From a bacterium (lineage in GTDB: Bacteria > UBA8248), in the NCBI GenBank assembly GCA_965213625.1, contig CBDBZU010000004.1:224001-288000 (forward strand): DNA of 64,000 nt. The letters are read 5' to 3'. Below the pieces are notes generated by a model, which worked only from the letters and a program-made list of their open reading frames with translations, had not been told where the DNA came from and did not search any database. Below are positions 1 through 9,850 of the stretch, one piece after another (position 1 is the first letter of the stretch; each line of letters opens with the position of its first letter). Both the position numbers and the translations under genes were made by a program.

Positions 1-3000
1 GCGGATGCCGAGATCGCGGGCGCGACGGGCGCGACCTACACGCTGACCGCTGCCGAGGAAGGCAAGACCATCAAGGTGCGGGCGACGTTCACCGACGACG
101 GCGGCAGGGAGGAGACGCTCGAGAGCGCCGCCACGGAGGCGGTCGCGGCGCTCTCGACCGTTCCGGTCTGGTCGGCGACCGTGACGGTCGGGGCGGACGG
201 GAACTTCCGGGGTTTATCCACAATGGCCAATCCGGATGTCGGATCGGCGTCCTTGGTCAGGTTCGATTACGGGTCGGAAACCACGCTCCGCTACACGGTT
301 CAGATCGTGGGCGCCAATACCGACGGCGTGATATTCAAGGTTCGGAGCCGGAACGATGACCTCTCCGGAATGTACCTGGAGTGGGCCGGCGAGACACTGC
401 CGTTGGCCTCCGCCGGCCGCCGGAGTGACGGGCGGTTCATCTGGGGCCAGAGCTGGCTCGCCGTCAACGCGCCTTCACTGAGCGCGTCCTCTTACGTCTC
501 GACGCTGCCGGAGAACGGCGCGGTCTCCGTATGCCTGCGGACCGTGGGACAGAGCTGTTCGGCGACCGTGGCGGAGAGCACCGCCAACGCGGCGCCGACG
601 GGCCTGCCGACGATTACGGGCGCGGCGCGTGTCGGCGAGACGCTGACGGCGTCGGAATCGGGCATCGCGGACGATGACGGACTGACGAACGCGAGTTTCA
701 CATGGCAGTGGATCGCGAACGACGGGACGGACGACACGGACATCGCGGATGCGACGGGCGCGACATACACGCTGACCGCCGCCGAGGAAGGCAAGACGAT
801 CAAGGTGCGGGCGACGTTCACCGACGATGGCGGAACGGAGGAGACGCTCGAGAGCGCCGTGACGGATGCGGTGGCCGCGGCGCTTCCCCGGGTTTCGATC
901 GCGGCGACCTCCTCGCCGGTGACGGAAGGCGCTGCGGCGGCGTTCACGCTGAGCCGGACGGGCGACGCGACGGCGGCGTTGACAGTAGCGGTGAGCGTGA
1001 GCGAGGCGGGCTCCGTGCTGTCGGGGACGCCGGCTTCCTCGGTGACCTTCGCGGCGGGGAACGCGACGGCCGCCCTCAGCCTGGCCACCGAGAACGACGA
1101 CGTGGACGAGGCGGACGCGAGGGTGACGGTTTCGGTGTCGTCGGGGACGGGCTACTCGGTGGCTCCGGACGCGGCCTCGGCCGGGGTGGATGTCTACGAC
1201 GACGACGCGGCGGCCTCTGGCGAGGCGACGGTCACGACGCTCTGGTCCACGACACTCGAATGGACGGACCTGAACGGCAATGTGATCGCCAACGCGGCGG
1301 ACTTCGCGGACGCGGGCTGGTCCGAGGACGGGGACGCCTTCAGGGTCTGGTACTTCGCCTACGATCCGTATGGCGGCGATCTGTGGTTGCGGATGAACTC
1401 TTCCCGGTCTGCCGGGGACATTCCCCGGCCGGGAGAGCTGACGCTGCGCATCGGCGACGAGACGGTGCAGGCCGGCGATGCGCTGTCGGCCTTCTCCGCG
1501 GGCAATATCGGGACCGTCAGCGGGGTCTGGCAGGACTGGGAGGAGGGCGACCGGGTTTCGGTGCGCCTGACGCGGACGGAAGCGGCGGAGACGACCGCCT
1601 CCCTGCCGGGGCTTTCCGTGGCGGACGCGCAAGTCAACGAGTCGTCGGGCGCGCCGCTCTCGTTCAGCGTGACGCTGGGTGCGGCGCAGACCTCTGCGGT
1701 CTCGGTGCGCTATGCGACCTCGGACGGCACGGCGACGGCGGGCGCGGACTATGAGGCGGTATCCGGAATACTACGCTTCGAGGCGGGCGAAACCTCGAAG
1801 ACGGTGTCGGTTCCGGTGATCAACGACGATCACGACGATGACGGCGAGACGATGACGCTCACGCTCTCTTCGCCGTTCGGAGCCGAGATTATCGACGGCG
1901 CGGCGACGGGGACGATCAACAACACCGACCCGATGCCGAAGGCGTGGCTCGCGCGCTTCGGGCGTGTGGCGGCGGAGCACGTAACCGGCGCGATAGGCGA
2001 GCGCCTGCGCGGCGGGGCGGGTACGCAGGTAACGCTGGCCGGGCAGGCCCTGGATTTCGGCGGGGATCCGCAACTGGTGAAAGACGAAGGCGGCGCGCTT
2101 CTGTTCGCGAAGAATGATTCGGCAGCCGCCCTCCCCACGCTGATGCGCGATTCGGGCGAGGACGTGGGGCTGCGCCCACTGGAGGAGGACGGCGAGACCT
2201 CGATTCCCGAACTCCTGCTCGCGAGTTCGTTCCACCTGGCGTCTGCGGGAGACCCCGGCTCGGACCGGCGCTGGTCCGTCTGGGGGCGGGGGGCGCGATC
2301 GAGCTTCGACGGCGCGGAAGGCGCTCTCACCCTCGAGGGCGAGGTGACGACGGCGACGCTGGGACTCGACATCGAGCAGAGCCGCTGGCTGCTCGGCGTG
2401 GCGCTCTCCCGGAGCGCGGGCGAGGGTTCCTACCTGGGCGACGCGACGTGCCGGAGCGGGTGCGACATAGAGAGCGCGCTCACGGGCGTATACCCCTATG
2501 CGCGCTACCGGGTGAGCGAGCGCCTTGAACTTTGGGGCGTCGTGGGCCACGGACAGGGGGACATGACGCTCAGCCCCGAGGGGATGGACGATATCGACAC
2601 CGACATCGAGATGAGCATGGCGGCGGCGGGGGCGCGCGGCGTTGTGCTGCCCGCCTCTGAAAAAGGAGACTTCGAGCTCGCCCTGCGGGCGGACCTGCTG
2701 GTGACGCGTACGAGTTCGGACGCGGTGTCGGAAGCGGGAACGGGCCGCCTGGCCGAGACGGAATCGGAGACGAGCCGCCTGCGGCTCCTGCTCGAGGGCT
2801 CGCGCAGCTTCAGCTTCGGTGAGCACGCCGTGCTCACGCCCTCGGTGGAGCTCGGCCTTCGCTACGACGGCGGCGATGCGGAAAGGGGCGCCGGCCTGGA
2901 ACTGGGCGGCGCGCTCCGCTATGCGGCCGGGAGTCTCACCGTGGAGGTGAGCGCGCGCGGTCTTCTCGCCCACAGCGAGAGCGATTACGAGGAATGGGGC

Positions 3001-3375
3001 GTGAGCGGTTCGGTGCGCTTGGCGCCGGGTACGGACGGGCGCGGCCTCTCGATGCGGCTGGGTTCGGGCTGGGGCGCGACCTCGGGAGGTGCGGAGCAGT
3101 TGTTCTCGCAGGCGAACGGGGCGTTCGGGGCGGGACGCTTCGACCCCGACGCGCGGCTGGACGCCGAGGTGGCTTACGGCCTCGACGCCCCGCGCGGTCT
3201 GCTGACGCCCTATACCGGCGTGGCGTACTCGGAGAATGCGGAGACGTGGCGCGCGGGCGCGCGCTGGAAGCTCGGCCCCGAATACGAGGTGAGCGTGGAA
3301 GCGAGCCTCAAAGAATCCCCAGGCGGGGAAGAACCCGAGAGCGGCTTGCTGCTTAGGGGTTCCAAGCGCTGGTAG
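1..3375 (+). CDS. Large autotransporter-like surface adhesin, 5'-truncated by window edge (Ig/cadherin-like repeats, Calx-beta domains, C-terminal beta-barrel)
   Basis: Frame is open from base 1 (ADAEIAGATGATYTLTAAEEGKTIKVRATF). Repeated module TGATYTLTAAEEGKTIKVRATFTDDGG; Calx-beta motif YATSDGTATAGADY...VPVINDDHDD; linker PKAWLARFGR followed by alternating beta strands ending in W. Confidence 0.85.
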   Translation, partial: ADAEIAGATGATYTLTAAEEGKTIKVRATFTDDGGREETLESAATEAVAALSTVPVWSATVTVGADGNFRGLSTMANPDVGSASLVRFDYGSETTLRYTVQIVGANTDGVIFKVRSRNDDLSGMYLEWAGETLPLASAGRRSDGRFIWGQSWLAVNAPSLSASSYVSTLPENGAVSVCLRTVGQSCSATVAESTANAAPTGLPTITGAARVGETLTASESGIADDDGLTNASFTWQWIANDGTDDTDIADATGATYTLTAAEEGKTIKVRATFTDDGGTEETLESAVTDAVAAALPRVSIAATSSPVTEGAAAAFTLSRTGDATAALTVAVSVSEAGSVLSGTPASSVTFAAGNATAALSLATENDDVDEADARVTVSVSSGTGYSVAPDAASAGVDVYDDDAAASGEATVTTLWSTTLEWTDLNGNVIANAADFADAGWSEDGDAFRVWYFAYDPYGGDLWLRMNSSRSAGDIPRPGELTLRIGDETVQAGDALSAFSAGNIGTVSGVWQDWEEGDRVSVRLTRTEAAETTASLPGLSVADAQVNESSGAPLSFSVTLGAAQTSAVSVRYATSDGTATAGADYEAVSGILRFEAGETSKTVSVPVINDDHDDDGETMTLTLSSPFGAEIIDGAATGTINNTDPMPKAWLARFGRVAAEHVTGAIGERLRGGAGTQVTLAGQALDFGGDPQLVKDEGGALLFAKNDSAAALPTLMRDSGEDVGLRPLEEDGETSIPELLLASSFHLASAGDPGSDRRWSVWGRGARSSFDGAEGALTLEGEVTTATLGLDIEQSRWLLGVALSRSAGEGSYLGDATCRSGCDIESALTGVYPYARYRVSERLELWGVVGHGQGDMTLSPEGMDDIDTDIEMSMAAAGARGVVLPASEKGDFELALRADLLVTRTSSDAVSEAGTGRLAETESETSRLRLLLEGSRSFSFGEHAVLTPSVELGLRYDGGDAERGAGLELGGALRYAAGSLTVEVSARGLLAHSESDYEEWGVSGSVRLAPGTDGRGLSMRLGSGWGATSGGAEQLFSQANGAFGAGRFDPDARLDAEVAYGLDAPRGLLTPYTGVAYSENAETWRAGARWKLGPEYEVSVEASLKESPGGEEPESGLLLRGSKRW

Positions 3376-3392
3376 GCGGATCCGACCAATTC

Positions 3393-3411
3393 GGGGTTGT
3401 TGAAAAACCCC
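3393..3411 (+). repeat. Solo copy of the 19-bp GGGGCTGTTGAAAAAGCCC hairpin/terminal-repeat family
   Basis: GGGGTTGTTGAAAAACCCC just after the autotransporter stop; related copies at 6233, 6437, 17528, 28973, 29137, 34625, 34906, 53779 and 53853. Confidence 0.7.
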
Positions 3412-3501
3412 CGTTAAGGGCAGCGAACGCTCCCTCCCCGGTCGCGTTCGGTCTTCCGTCTCCCGGAGGTTTTCGGCCGGGCCGTCCGGCACCTCGCCCG
3501 G

Positions 3502-6054
3502 CTATGCTTTCAGGCGGGCGCCCTCGGGGTCGAACATCTCAGAGGGCGAAGCCACGGACACGGGGAAGCGCTCGTTCATATATTGCACCTGCAGCTTGTT
3601 GCCGGCCACCGCCTGCTCGATCGGCAGATAGGCCAGCAGGAGGTATTTGCCGAGGGAGGGTCCCATACCGGCCGAGGTGACGAAGGACTCCCGTCCGCGG
3701 GCGTCGACGAGGCGCTCGCCCCCAAGCGTCAGGATCGGTTCGCTGCTGCCGGCGGGGAACCGCAACATCCCGGATTCGCCGGCGTGATCATCAACCGTCA
3801 GTGTACAAAGCTTCGCCGCCGGACCTTCGTCGCGCGCCTGCAGGTAGGCCCTCTTCCCGATGAATTCCGCGGCCTTCACGCGGGGCCGCGCCAGGCCCGC
3901 CTCCACCGGCGAGTACTCGGAGGTGAGATCGGCGCCCATGAGCGCGTATCCCTTTTCCAGGCGTCCCGTGGCGCCGTAGACGCCGATACCGACGGGCCGG
4001 GCGTCGAAGGTGCGGCCCGCCTCCCAAATCGCGTCCCACAGGCGCGCGCCGTGCGACGTGCGCGTGTAGATCTCCCATCCGCTCTCGCCCACGTAGGAAA
4101 TGCGCAGCATCGTCGTCGGCACGCCGTCGATAATCACCTCCTGCACCGTCCCGAACGGAAACGCTTCCTGTGTCAGCGGGGAGTCGGCAATCTCTGTGAG
4201 CAACGCGCGGGCATCCGGTCCCCATACCCCGATGGTGCAGAACCCCGACGATTGGTTCTCGAGCTGAACCGAGCCGTCCCCGGGAAGATGGCGGCGGAAC
4301 CAGACCTCGTCGCGCGCACCGTCGAAGACGCCGGTCACGATGCGGAACCGATCGTCCGCCAGCCTCTGGATGGTGAGGTCGGCGCGGATCCCGCCTTCCG
4401 GCGTCAGTAGCGGTGTGTAGATCGAGCTGCCCACTGGACGATCGCAGGGGTTGACCGCCAACCGCTCCAGGTAGGGCACGACGCCGGGGCCTGAGGCGTC
4501 GAAGATCTGAAAAGCGCTCAAATCCACGATCCCGACTTTCTCCCGCATGTGGAGATGCTCCGCGTTGATGATCGGTGACCACCAGCGGCGGTCCCATTCG
4601 TGCGGGCGATCCGAAATGCCGTAGCGGGCGACCAGGTCCTCGTTCGACGCGTACCACTGGGGCCGCTCCCAGCCGTGCGCTTCGTAGAATTCGGCGCCCA
4701 GGTCCGCGGTGCGATCGTGGAACGGCGCCCGGTGCATGCCGCGTTCGGACGCCCACTGCTCACGCGGATGCACGATTCCGTAAGTCTTGTTGAAGTGTTC
4801 GCGGCATCGCTGCCTGATGTGCTGCTCGGTTCGCTCGTGCGGGTAGAACCGCGTGATGTCCGAGCCGTGCGGATCGCACAGACGCGGATAGCCGTGGGTG
4901 ATCCACTCGGCGATCAGGCGCGCGGTGCCGGGGCCCTCCTTGATCCAGACGGCGGCCGCCGACCAGAGCTTCTCCACCTCGGCTGTCTCGCCCAGCACCT
5001 GCATCGCATCCGGGGTCAGGGAGAGCAGTCCGTTCACCGAATACTGCATTTCGGAACCGGCGAGCAACTCGCCCATAATCGCCCGGGCGTGCTCGAGCTG
5101 CGGCGCAAAGTCATCGCCGGTGAAGGGCAGCTCGGTGGGTGTCCGCTCCGCTTCCGCATTGGAAGGAATGTCATCGGGATGCACCAGGATGGGGCGGTGG
5201 GCGTACGAGCCGATCTCCATCGCCCCGTGACTCTGCCGCTCGTACATGAAGGTGTCCATGTCGCGGACGATCGGATAGTCGATCTCGTTTCCCGTCCTTT
5301 GCAGCAGGTCGATTGAGCCCATGTCGGCCATCTGGTGCACCGCCGGGGTGAGCGGGATGGTCGCTCCGGCGAGCGCGGCGACCCTCGGGCTCCAGACGCC
5401 GCACGCGATCACCACCTGTTCCACCTCAATCGCGCCGCGCGTAGTCGCCACGGCCCGGATGCGCGGACGGCCGAACGGCGGGCGTGATACCTCAAGCCCC
5501 GTGACCTCGGTGCCCTCCAGCACGGTCAACACGCCCTTGGCCTGCGCCCCCTCACGCATGATGGCGCCCGCCCGGACCGAGTCGACCACAGAGGCGCTCG
5601 GCGTGTAGAAGCCGCCCAGGATCACGTCACCGTTCACGAACGGCGCCCTGGCGACCACCTCGGCGGGATTAAGCAGTTCGGCCTCGATGCCCCAGCACAG
5701 GGCCGAGGTCATCCGCCGGCGCAACTCTTCCATGCGGGCATCCGTGCGCGCCACTTCGATGCCACCGCAAGTGGTGTTGACGCCGAGCGCGGCGTACTGG
5801 CGCTGGCTCTCCAGCGTCAGCATCGTGATTTCGCGATTGTGATCGGTCGGGAATATGAAGTTCGACGCGTGGCCGGTCGAACCACCTGGGTTGGGCAGCG
5901 GCCCCTTTTCTATCAGCAGCAGGTCCTCCCACCCAAGCTCCGCCAGGTGTCCCACCAGGCAATTGCCGACGATTCCGGCGCCGATCACGGCAATCGTCGC
6001 CCGCGCCGGCGGCGGCGAAGCGCTCTCGGATGGGCTGGTGATGGCGTCTTTCAG
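3502..6054 (-). CDS. FAD-dependent N-demethylase fused to a GcvT/THF-binding domain (dimethylglycine oxidase/dehydrogenase family)
   Basis: AVIGAGIVG Rossmann motif; GGSTGHA covalent-FAD His motif; GWERPQWY; C-terminal GcvT motifs (RISYVGESGWEIY, RLEKGY). Start extended from GTG 5988 to an in-frame CTG at 6054 behind GGGGGA. Confidence 0.9.
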   Translation of the reverse strand: MKDAITSPSESASPPPARATIAVIGAGIVGNCLVGHLAELGWEDLLLIEKGPLPNPGGSTGHASNFIFPTDHNREITMLTLESQRQYAALGVNTTCGGIEVARTDARMEELRRRMTSALCWGIEAELLNPAEVVARAPFVNGDVILGGFYTPSASVVDSVRAGAIMREGAQAKGVLTVLEGTEVTGLEVSRPPFGRPRIRAVATTRGAIEVEQVVIACGVWSPRVAALAGATIPLTPAVHQMADMGSIDLLQRTGNEIDYPIVRDMDTFMYERQSHGAMEIGSYAHRPILVHPDDIPSNAEAERTPTELPFTGDDFAPQLEHARAIMGELLAGSEMQYSVNGLLSLTPDAMQVLGETAEVEKLWSAAAVWIKEGPGTARLIAEWITHGYPRLCDPHGSDITRFYPHERTEQHIRQRCREHFNKTYGIVHPREQWASERGMHRAPFHDRTADLGAEFYEAHGWERPQWYASNEDLVARYGISDRPHEWDRRWWSPIINAEHLHMREKVGIVDLSAFQIFDASGPGVVPYLERLAVNPCDRPVGSSIYTPLLTPEGGIRADLTIQRLADDRFRIVTGVFDGARDEVWFRRHLPGDGSVQLENQSSGFCTIGVWGPDARALLTEIADSPLTQEAFPFGTVQEVIIDGVPTTMLRISYVGESGWEIYTRTSHGARLWDAIWEAGRTFDARPVGIGVYGATGRLEKGYALMGADLTSEYSPVEAGLARPRVKAAEFIGKRAYLQARDEGPAAKLCTLTVDDHAGESGMLRFPAGSSEPILTLGGERLVDARGRESFVTSAGMGPSLGKYLLLAYLPIEQAVAGNKLQVQYMNERFPVSVASPSEMFDPEGARLKA

Positions 6055-6123
6055 AACGGTTCCCCCGCATACGCATGGCGGTCACGACCCGCGGCATGCC
6101 CGGCCCCGGAGTCGGAAGGTCAG

Positions 6124-6179
6124 CCTTGAAACATGGCATATACGGCATATATGGCATATAATCAGCGTTATTTTCAAGG
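6124..6179. promoter_or_regulatory. Three tandem 9-bp repeats inside an 8-bp inverted repeat, candidate operator in the divergent promoter region
   Basis: TGGCATATA/CGGCATATA/TGGCATATA at 6134-6160, flanked by CCTTGAAA (6124) and TTTCAAGG (6172); TATAAT at 6157-6162. Confidence 0.45.
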
Positions 6180-6232
6180 GTTGCGAGGGTCGGGGGGGCA
6201 CCCCGGTAGCGGCGGCGAACTCGCCCCGCGAA

Positions 6233-6455
6233 GGGGCTGTTGAAAAAGCCCATTCAAGTTACGGGCGGTATGGAGTCTCACACGATGGTGGAGGGGAAAC
6301 CGGCTCGGCGCGAGCGGGTGTGATTGGTCATGTAGGGGCCGCATATATGCGGCCCATGGTCGGCAGGCGTAAAAGGCAGGGTCGCATATATGCGACCCCT
6401 ACAACTTTACATTCGTTGAACCGAATCACGAAATCAGGGCTATTTCATCAGCCCC
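6233..6455. mobile_element. MITE-like element with 19-bp terminal inverted repeats enclosing a GTAG-type REP doublet
   Basis: GGGGCTGTTGAAAAAGCCC (6233-6251) and GGGCTATTTCATCAGCCCC (6437-6455) match 17/19 as inverted repeats. Inside: GTAGGGGCCGCATATATGCGGCCC...GGGTCGCATATATGCGACCCCTAC (6332-6402). Confidence 0.75.
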
Positions 6456-6513
6456 GGGGAGCGAGCGTTTGCCGCGTCGGAAAACCGTAAGGCGTGAGGG
6501 AACAGGAGAAGCC

Positions 6514-7818
6514 ATGAGTGGCCAGCCGCAAAGTGTCGACCAGTCCGACCGGATCGTTCCCGTCAACCTGCGCCAGAGCGGCCGGACGCCCGTGGAGATG
6601 CTTATCTCCACGCGGGTGCGGAAGTCGCCCTACTGGCATCTCTCCCACGAGGCGGGCTGCTGGCGGGCCACGGTCTACAACCGCGTCTACCATCCGCGCG
6701 GCTACGTGAGGCCGGAGGCGGGCGGCGCAGCCGTCGAGCACGAGGCGCTGACGAACCACGTGACGCTCTGGAACGTCGCGGTCGAGCGGCAGATCCAGGT
6801 CAAGGGACCGGATGCGGAGCGGTTCGTCGACTACGTCATCACCCGCGACGCGACCCGCATCAGGCCGATGCAGGCGAAGTACGTCATTCTCTGCAACGAG
6901 AAGGGCGGGATTCTGAACGACCCGGTACTGTTGCGCCTGGGCGAGGAGGAGTTCTGGTTCTCGCTGGCGGACTCCGACCTGCTGTTCTGGCTTCAGGGCG
7001 TCAACGTCGGGAAGCGGATGGATGTGGAGATCAACGAGATCGACGTCTGCCCGCTGCAGATCCAGGGGCCGAAGTCACTCGCGCTGATGGTCGATCTGCT
7101 GGGCGAGGGCGTCCGGGACATCCCCTACTACGGGGTCCTCGAAGGCGAGGTCGCGGGCTGCCCGGTGGTCGTCACCCAGACCGGCTTCTCGGGAGAGAAG
7201 GGTTACGAGATCTACCTGCGCGACGCCACCCTGCACGCCGAGAAGCTCTGGCGCGCGGTGATTGACGCGGGCAAGCCGCACCGGCTCATGGTCACCGCCC
7301 CCGGCCATCAGCGCCGCATCCAGGCCGGCATCCTGTCCTGGGGGCAGGACATCGACCACGAGACGGCGCCTTTTCAGTGCAACCTGGCCTATCAGGTGCC
7401 GCGCAGGAAGCAGGGCGACTACATCGGCCGGACGGCCCTCGAACAGATGCGGGCCGAGATCGACGCGGGGCGTCCGCCGTTCTCGATGGTGATGGTGGGC
7501 ATGAAGCTGGGCGGCAAGGCAATCGACGACTACGCGCCCGACTTCTGGCTGGTCTCGGATGCCGATGGAGGCGACCCGATCGGCTACCTGACTTCGCCGT
7601 GGCACGCCCCGGAGCTGGGGTGCAACATCGCGCTGGGTTACGTGCCGATCGGCAAGTCAGCAGTCGGGACCGAGCTGCTCGTCTGGCTGCCGGATGAGTA
7701 CGCCGGCGAACCGGGGCGACCCGACCGTGCGCAGGTTTGCGAGGTCCCCTTCCGCCCATCGGTCAACCCGAGTGCGCGCGAGCTGGCGCATGCCCGCGGA
7801 GAGGACGCGGCCGACTAA
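6514..7818 (+). CDS. GcvT-family aminomethyltransferase / THF-dependent demethylase (DmdA-like)
   Basis: AGGAGA SD before ATG 6514; motifs LWNVAVERQIQVKGPDA, GGILNDPVLLRL, TGFSGEKGYEIY, RRIQAGILSWGQD. Confidence 0.85.
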   Translation: MSGQPQSVDQSDRIVPVNLRQSGRTPVEMLISTRVRKSPYWHLSHEAGCWRATVYNRVYHPRGYVRPEAGGAAVEHEALTNHVTLWNVAVERQIQVKGPDAERFVDYVITRDATRIRPMQAKYVILCNEKGGILNDPVLLRLGEEEFWFSLADSDLLFWLQGVNVGKRMDVEINEIDVCPLQIQGPKSLALMVDLLGEGVRDIPYYGVLEGEVAGCPVVVTQTGFSGEKGYEIYLRDATLHAEKLWRAVIDAGKPHRLMVTAPGHQRRIQAGILSWGQDIDHETAPFQCNLAYQVPRRKQGDYIGRTALEQMRAEIDAGRPPFSMVMVGMKLGGKAIDDYAPDFWLVSDADGGDPIGYLTSPWHAPELGCNIALGYVPIGKSAVGTELLVWLPDEYAGEPGRPDRAQVCEVPFRPSVNPSARELAHARGEDAAD

Positions 7819-8039
7819 CCCGGCCATCAACACCTTGCGACTCTGCTGTCCGCCACACAACCTCCCGGCAATTCCTCACCGATCTCAGGTCTTGAGGCGT
7901 TCGATCCACGCCGAACGGTTGGGGGTATGGCGACGGCGCCCTGGCGCCGGATCCCGGCGGATTCCGGGTAAGAAGCGCCCGGTCGGACTATAATCGAGTC
8001 GATACCGATTCAAACGGTATGGACGCACTGGGAGGAAAT

Positions 8040-9275
8040 ATGAGCAAAGCGTCCACCGGACCCGCCCTTCGTTATGGCGAATTCGTTCCCCTCGTCGCCC
8101 TTCTGATGGCGCTCGTCGCGCTCTCGATTGACGCGATACTGCCGGCGCTGCCCGCGATAGGCCACGACCTCGGGGCGCCGCGCAGAAACGACGTTCAGTT
8201 CGTCGTCACGGCCGTGCTCCTGGGGCTCGGCCTCGGGCAGATCGTTTTCGGGCCTCTCTCTGACGGAATCGGACGCAAGCCCTCTATCAATACCGGCCTC
8301 GTTCTCTTCATGCTGGGATGTGTCATGAGCATCTTCGCACACACTTTCGAGGTGATGATTGCGGGCCGCATATTGCAGGGCATCGGAATCGCGGGACCGC
8401 GCATCGTGACCGTCGCCCTGGTGCGCGATCAATACGAAGGACGCCAGATGGCCCGCCTCATGTCGTTTGCGATGGCCGTGTTCATTCTCATTCCCACCGT
8501 CGCACCAGTCCTCGGACAGGGGATACAGTGGCTGGGCGGCTGGCGCGCGATATTCGCAGCTTTCTTCATCATCGCCGCGTTCACGTTCGCATGGTTTTCA
8601 CTTCGCCAGCCGGAAACCCTGCCCTCCGACCTTCGGCGTCCCCTCTCCCCGCGCGTCATCGGTGGAGCCGTCATGGAGGTGCTCAGGATTCGGGCCGCGC
8701 TTGGATACACCGTGGCCACCGGATGCGTTTTCGCGCCGTTCGTGGCCTACCTCAGCTCCTCCCAGCAAATCTTTCAGGAGGCCTACAGGACAGGCGCGCT
8801 GTTCCCGGCCTATTTCGGCGCGCTGGCGCTCGCTTTCGGATGCGCCTCGCTCGTGAACGGGTGGCTCGTAATGAAGTACGGGATGCGCAAGCTCTCGAGG
8901 ATGGCGACGGTGTCCATGACGCTGGTCTCGTTCGTTGCGTGGGCGATGGCCTTCTCCTTCGAGGGACTACCTCCGTTGTGGCTGTTCATGACTTACCTGC
9001 TCGTCGTCTTTCTCTGCATCGGACTCCTCTTCGGAAATCTCAATGCACTCGCCATGGAACCCCTCGGCCATATCGCCGGAGTAGGAGCGGGAGTGGTTGC
9101 TTCGATCTCCACCTTTATTTCGGTGCCGTTCGGAGCGCTCGTGGGTCAAAGTTTCGATGGAACCATGTACGCCCTGATTGCCGCTTTCGGGGTCTTCGGA
9201 GCAGGGACCTACGCCGCCATGAGATGGGCTGAGAGAGGTGAAGGCGAAAAGCGCAGCCGAGATACCGCCGCTTGA
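8040..9275 (+). CDS. Bcr/CflA-family MFS drug-resistance exporter
   Basis: GGAGG SD; ALSIDAILPALP, GPLSDGIGRKP, RQPETLP; about 12 hydrophobic segments. Confidence 0.9.
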   Translation: MSKASTGPALRYGEFVPLVALLMALVALSIDAILPALPAIGHDLGAPRRNDVQFVVTAVLLGLGLGQIVFGPLSDGIGRKPSINTGLVLFMLGCVMSIFAHTFEVMIAGRILQGIGIAGPRIVTVALVRDQYEGRQMARLMSFAMAVFILIPTVAPVLGQGIQWLGGWRAIFAAFFIIAAFTFAWFSLRQPETLPSDLRRPLSPRVIGGAVMEVLRIRAALGYTVATGCVFAPFVAYLSSSQQIFQEAYRTGALFPAYFGALALAFGCASLVNGWLVMKYGMRKLSRMATVSMTLVSFVAWAMAFSFEGLPPLWLFMTYLLVVFLCIGLLFGNLNALAMEPLGHIAGVGAGVVASISTFISVPFGALVGQSFDGTMYALIAAFGVFGAGTYAAMRWAERGEGEKRSRDTAA

Positions 9276-9595
9276 TCGTGATCGTCAATCGTCCGCTGGA
9301 TATCTCCGGATATCTCAAGAACCACATTTCGCGTCGCGGTAAGTGGGTGCGGTGGTTTATGAATCGACGTGCGCGGCACGGACATAACCATAAGCAAACT
9401 GTTCGCGGGCCGGAAGTTGGAGGACGGCCCGAAAGGGACTCGCCGGGATGCGGGCGAATTGTAACGAATCCACTTTCGGTTTGATTGCAGAGCAGAAGGT
9501 GCCGATTTCAAAAAGACTCAAATATATTTATATGCTCAATAATATCAATCGGCTACGGGAATCTTGAATTTAATACCCGTGTCAGCCCGTATGAA

Positions 9596-9690
<95 letters not shown>

Positions 9691-9789
9691 GCGGGAGCGG
9701 GGCCGTCGCGTGAAAGCGTGAACCGGCCACGCGGTGGTTTGTATATCACGGACGGCGCGGGCCTGTCAGTCCGCCGCCGAGATCGCGCC

Positions 9790-9818
9790 TTGACTTTTCC
9801 GCTCACTTTTTCGATGAT
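9790..9818 (+). promoter_or_regulatory. Sigma70-like promoter for the small RNA/mini-ORF unit
   Basis: TTGACT (9790-9795), 17 nt spacer, GATGAT (9813-9818). Confidence 0.6.
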
Positions 9819-9850
9819 CCCAAGTACGTCAGAAAGGAGGTGATCCTAAT

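Noticed and set aside
475-3492. Long minus-strand and alternate-frame ORFs over the autotransporter (385, 350 and 573 aa)
   Set aside because: Arg/Pro/Ala-rich shadow ORFs typical of high-GC DNA, fully overlapping a well-supported gene.
6514-7818. Canonical gcvT of glycine cleavage
   Set aside because: No gcvH or gcvP nearby and the motifs look DmdA-like, so no gene symbol was assigned.
9276-9480. Integrase remnant beside the tRNA
   Set aside because: No tyrosine-recombinase motif (HxLR, YxH) found in the frames checked.
9831-9850. Fragment of a 16S rRNA gene on the minus strand
   Set aside because: The match stops after 16 nt (TAAT follows instead of AGCCGCA...) and no other rRNA sequence flanks it.
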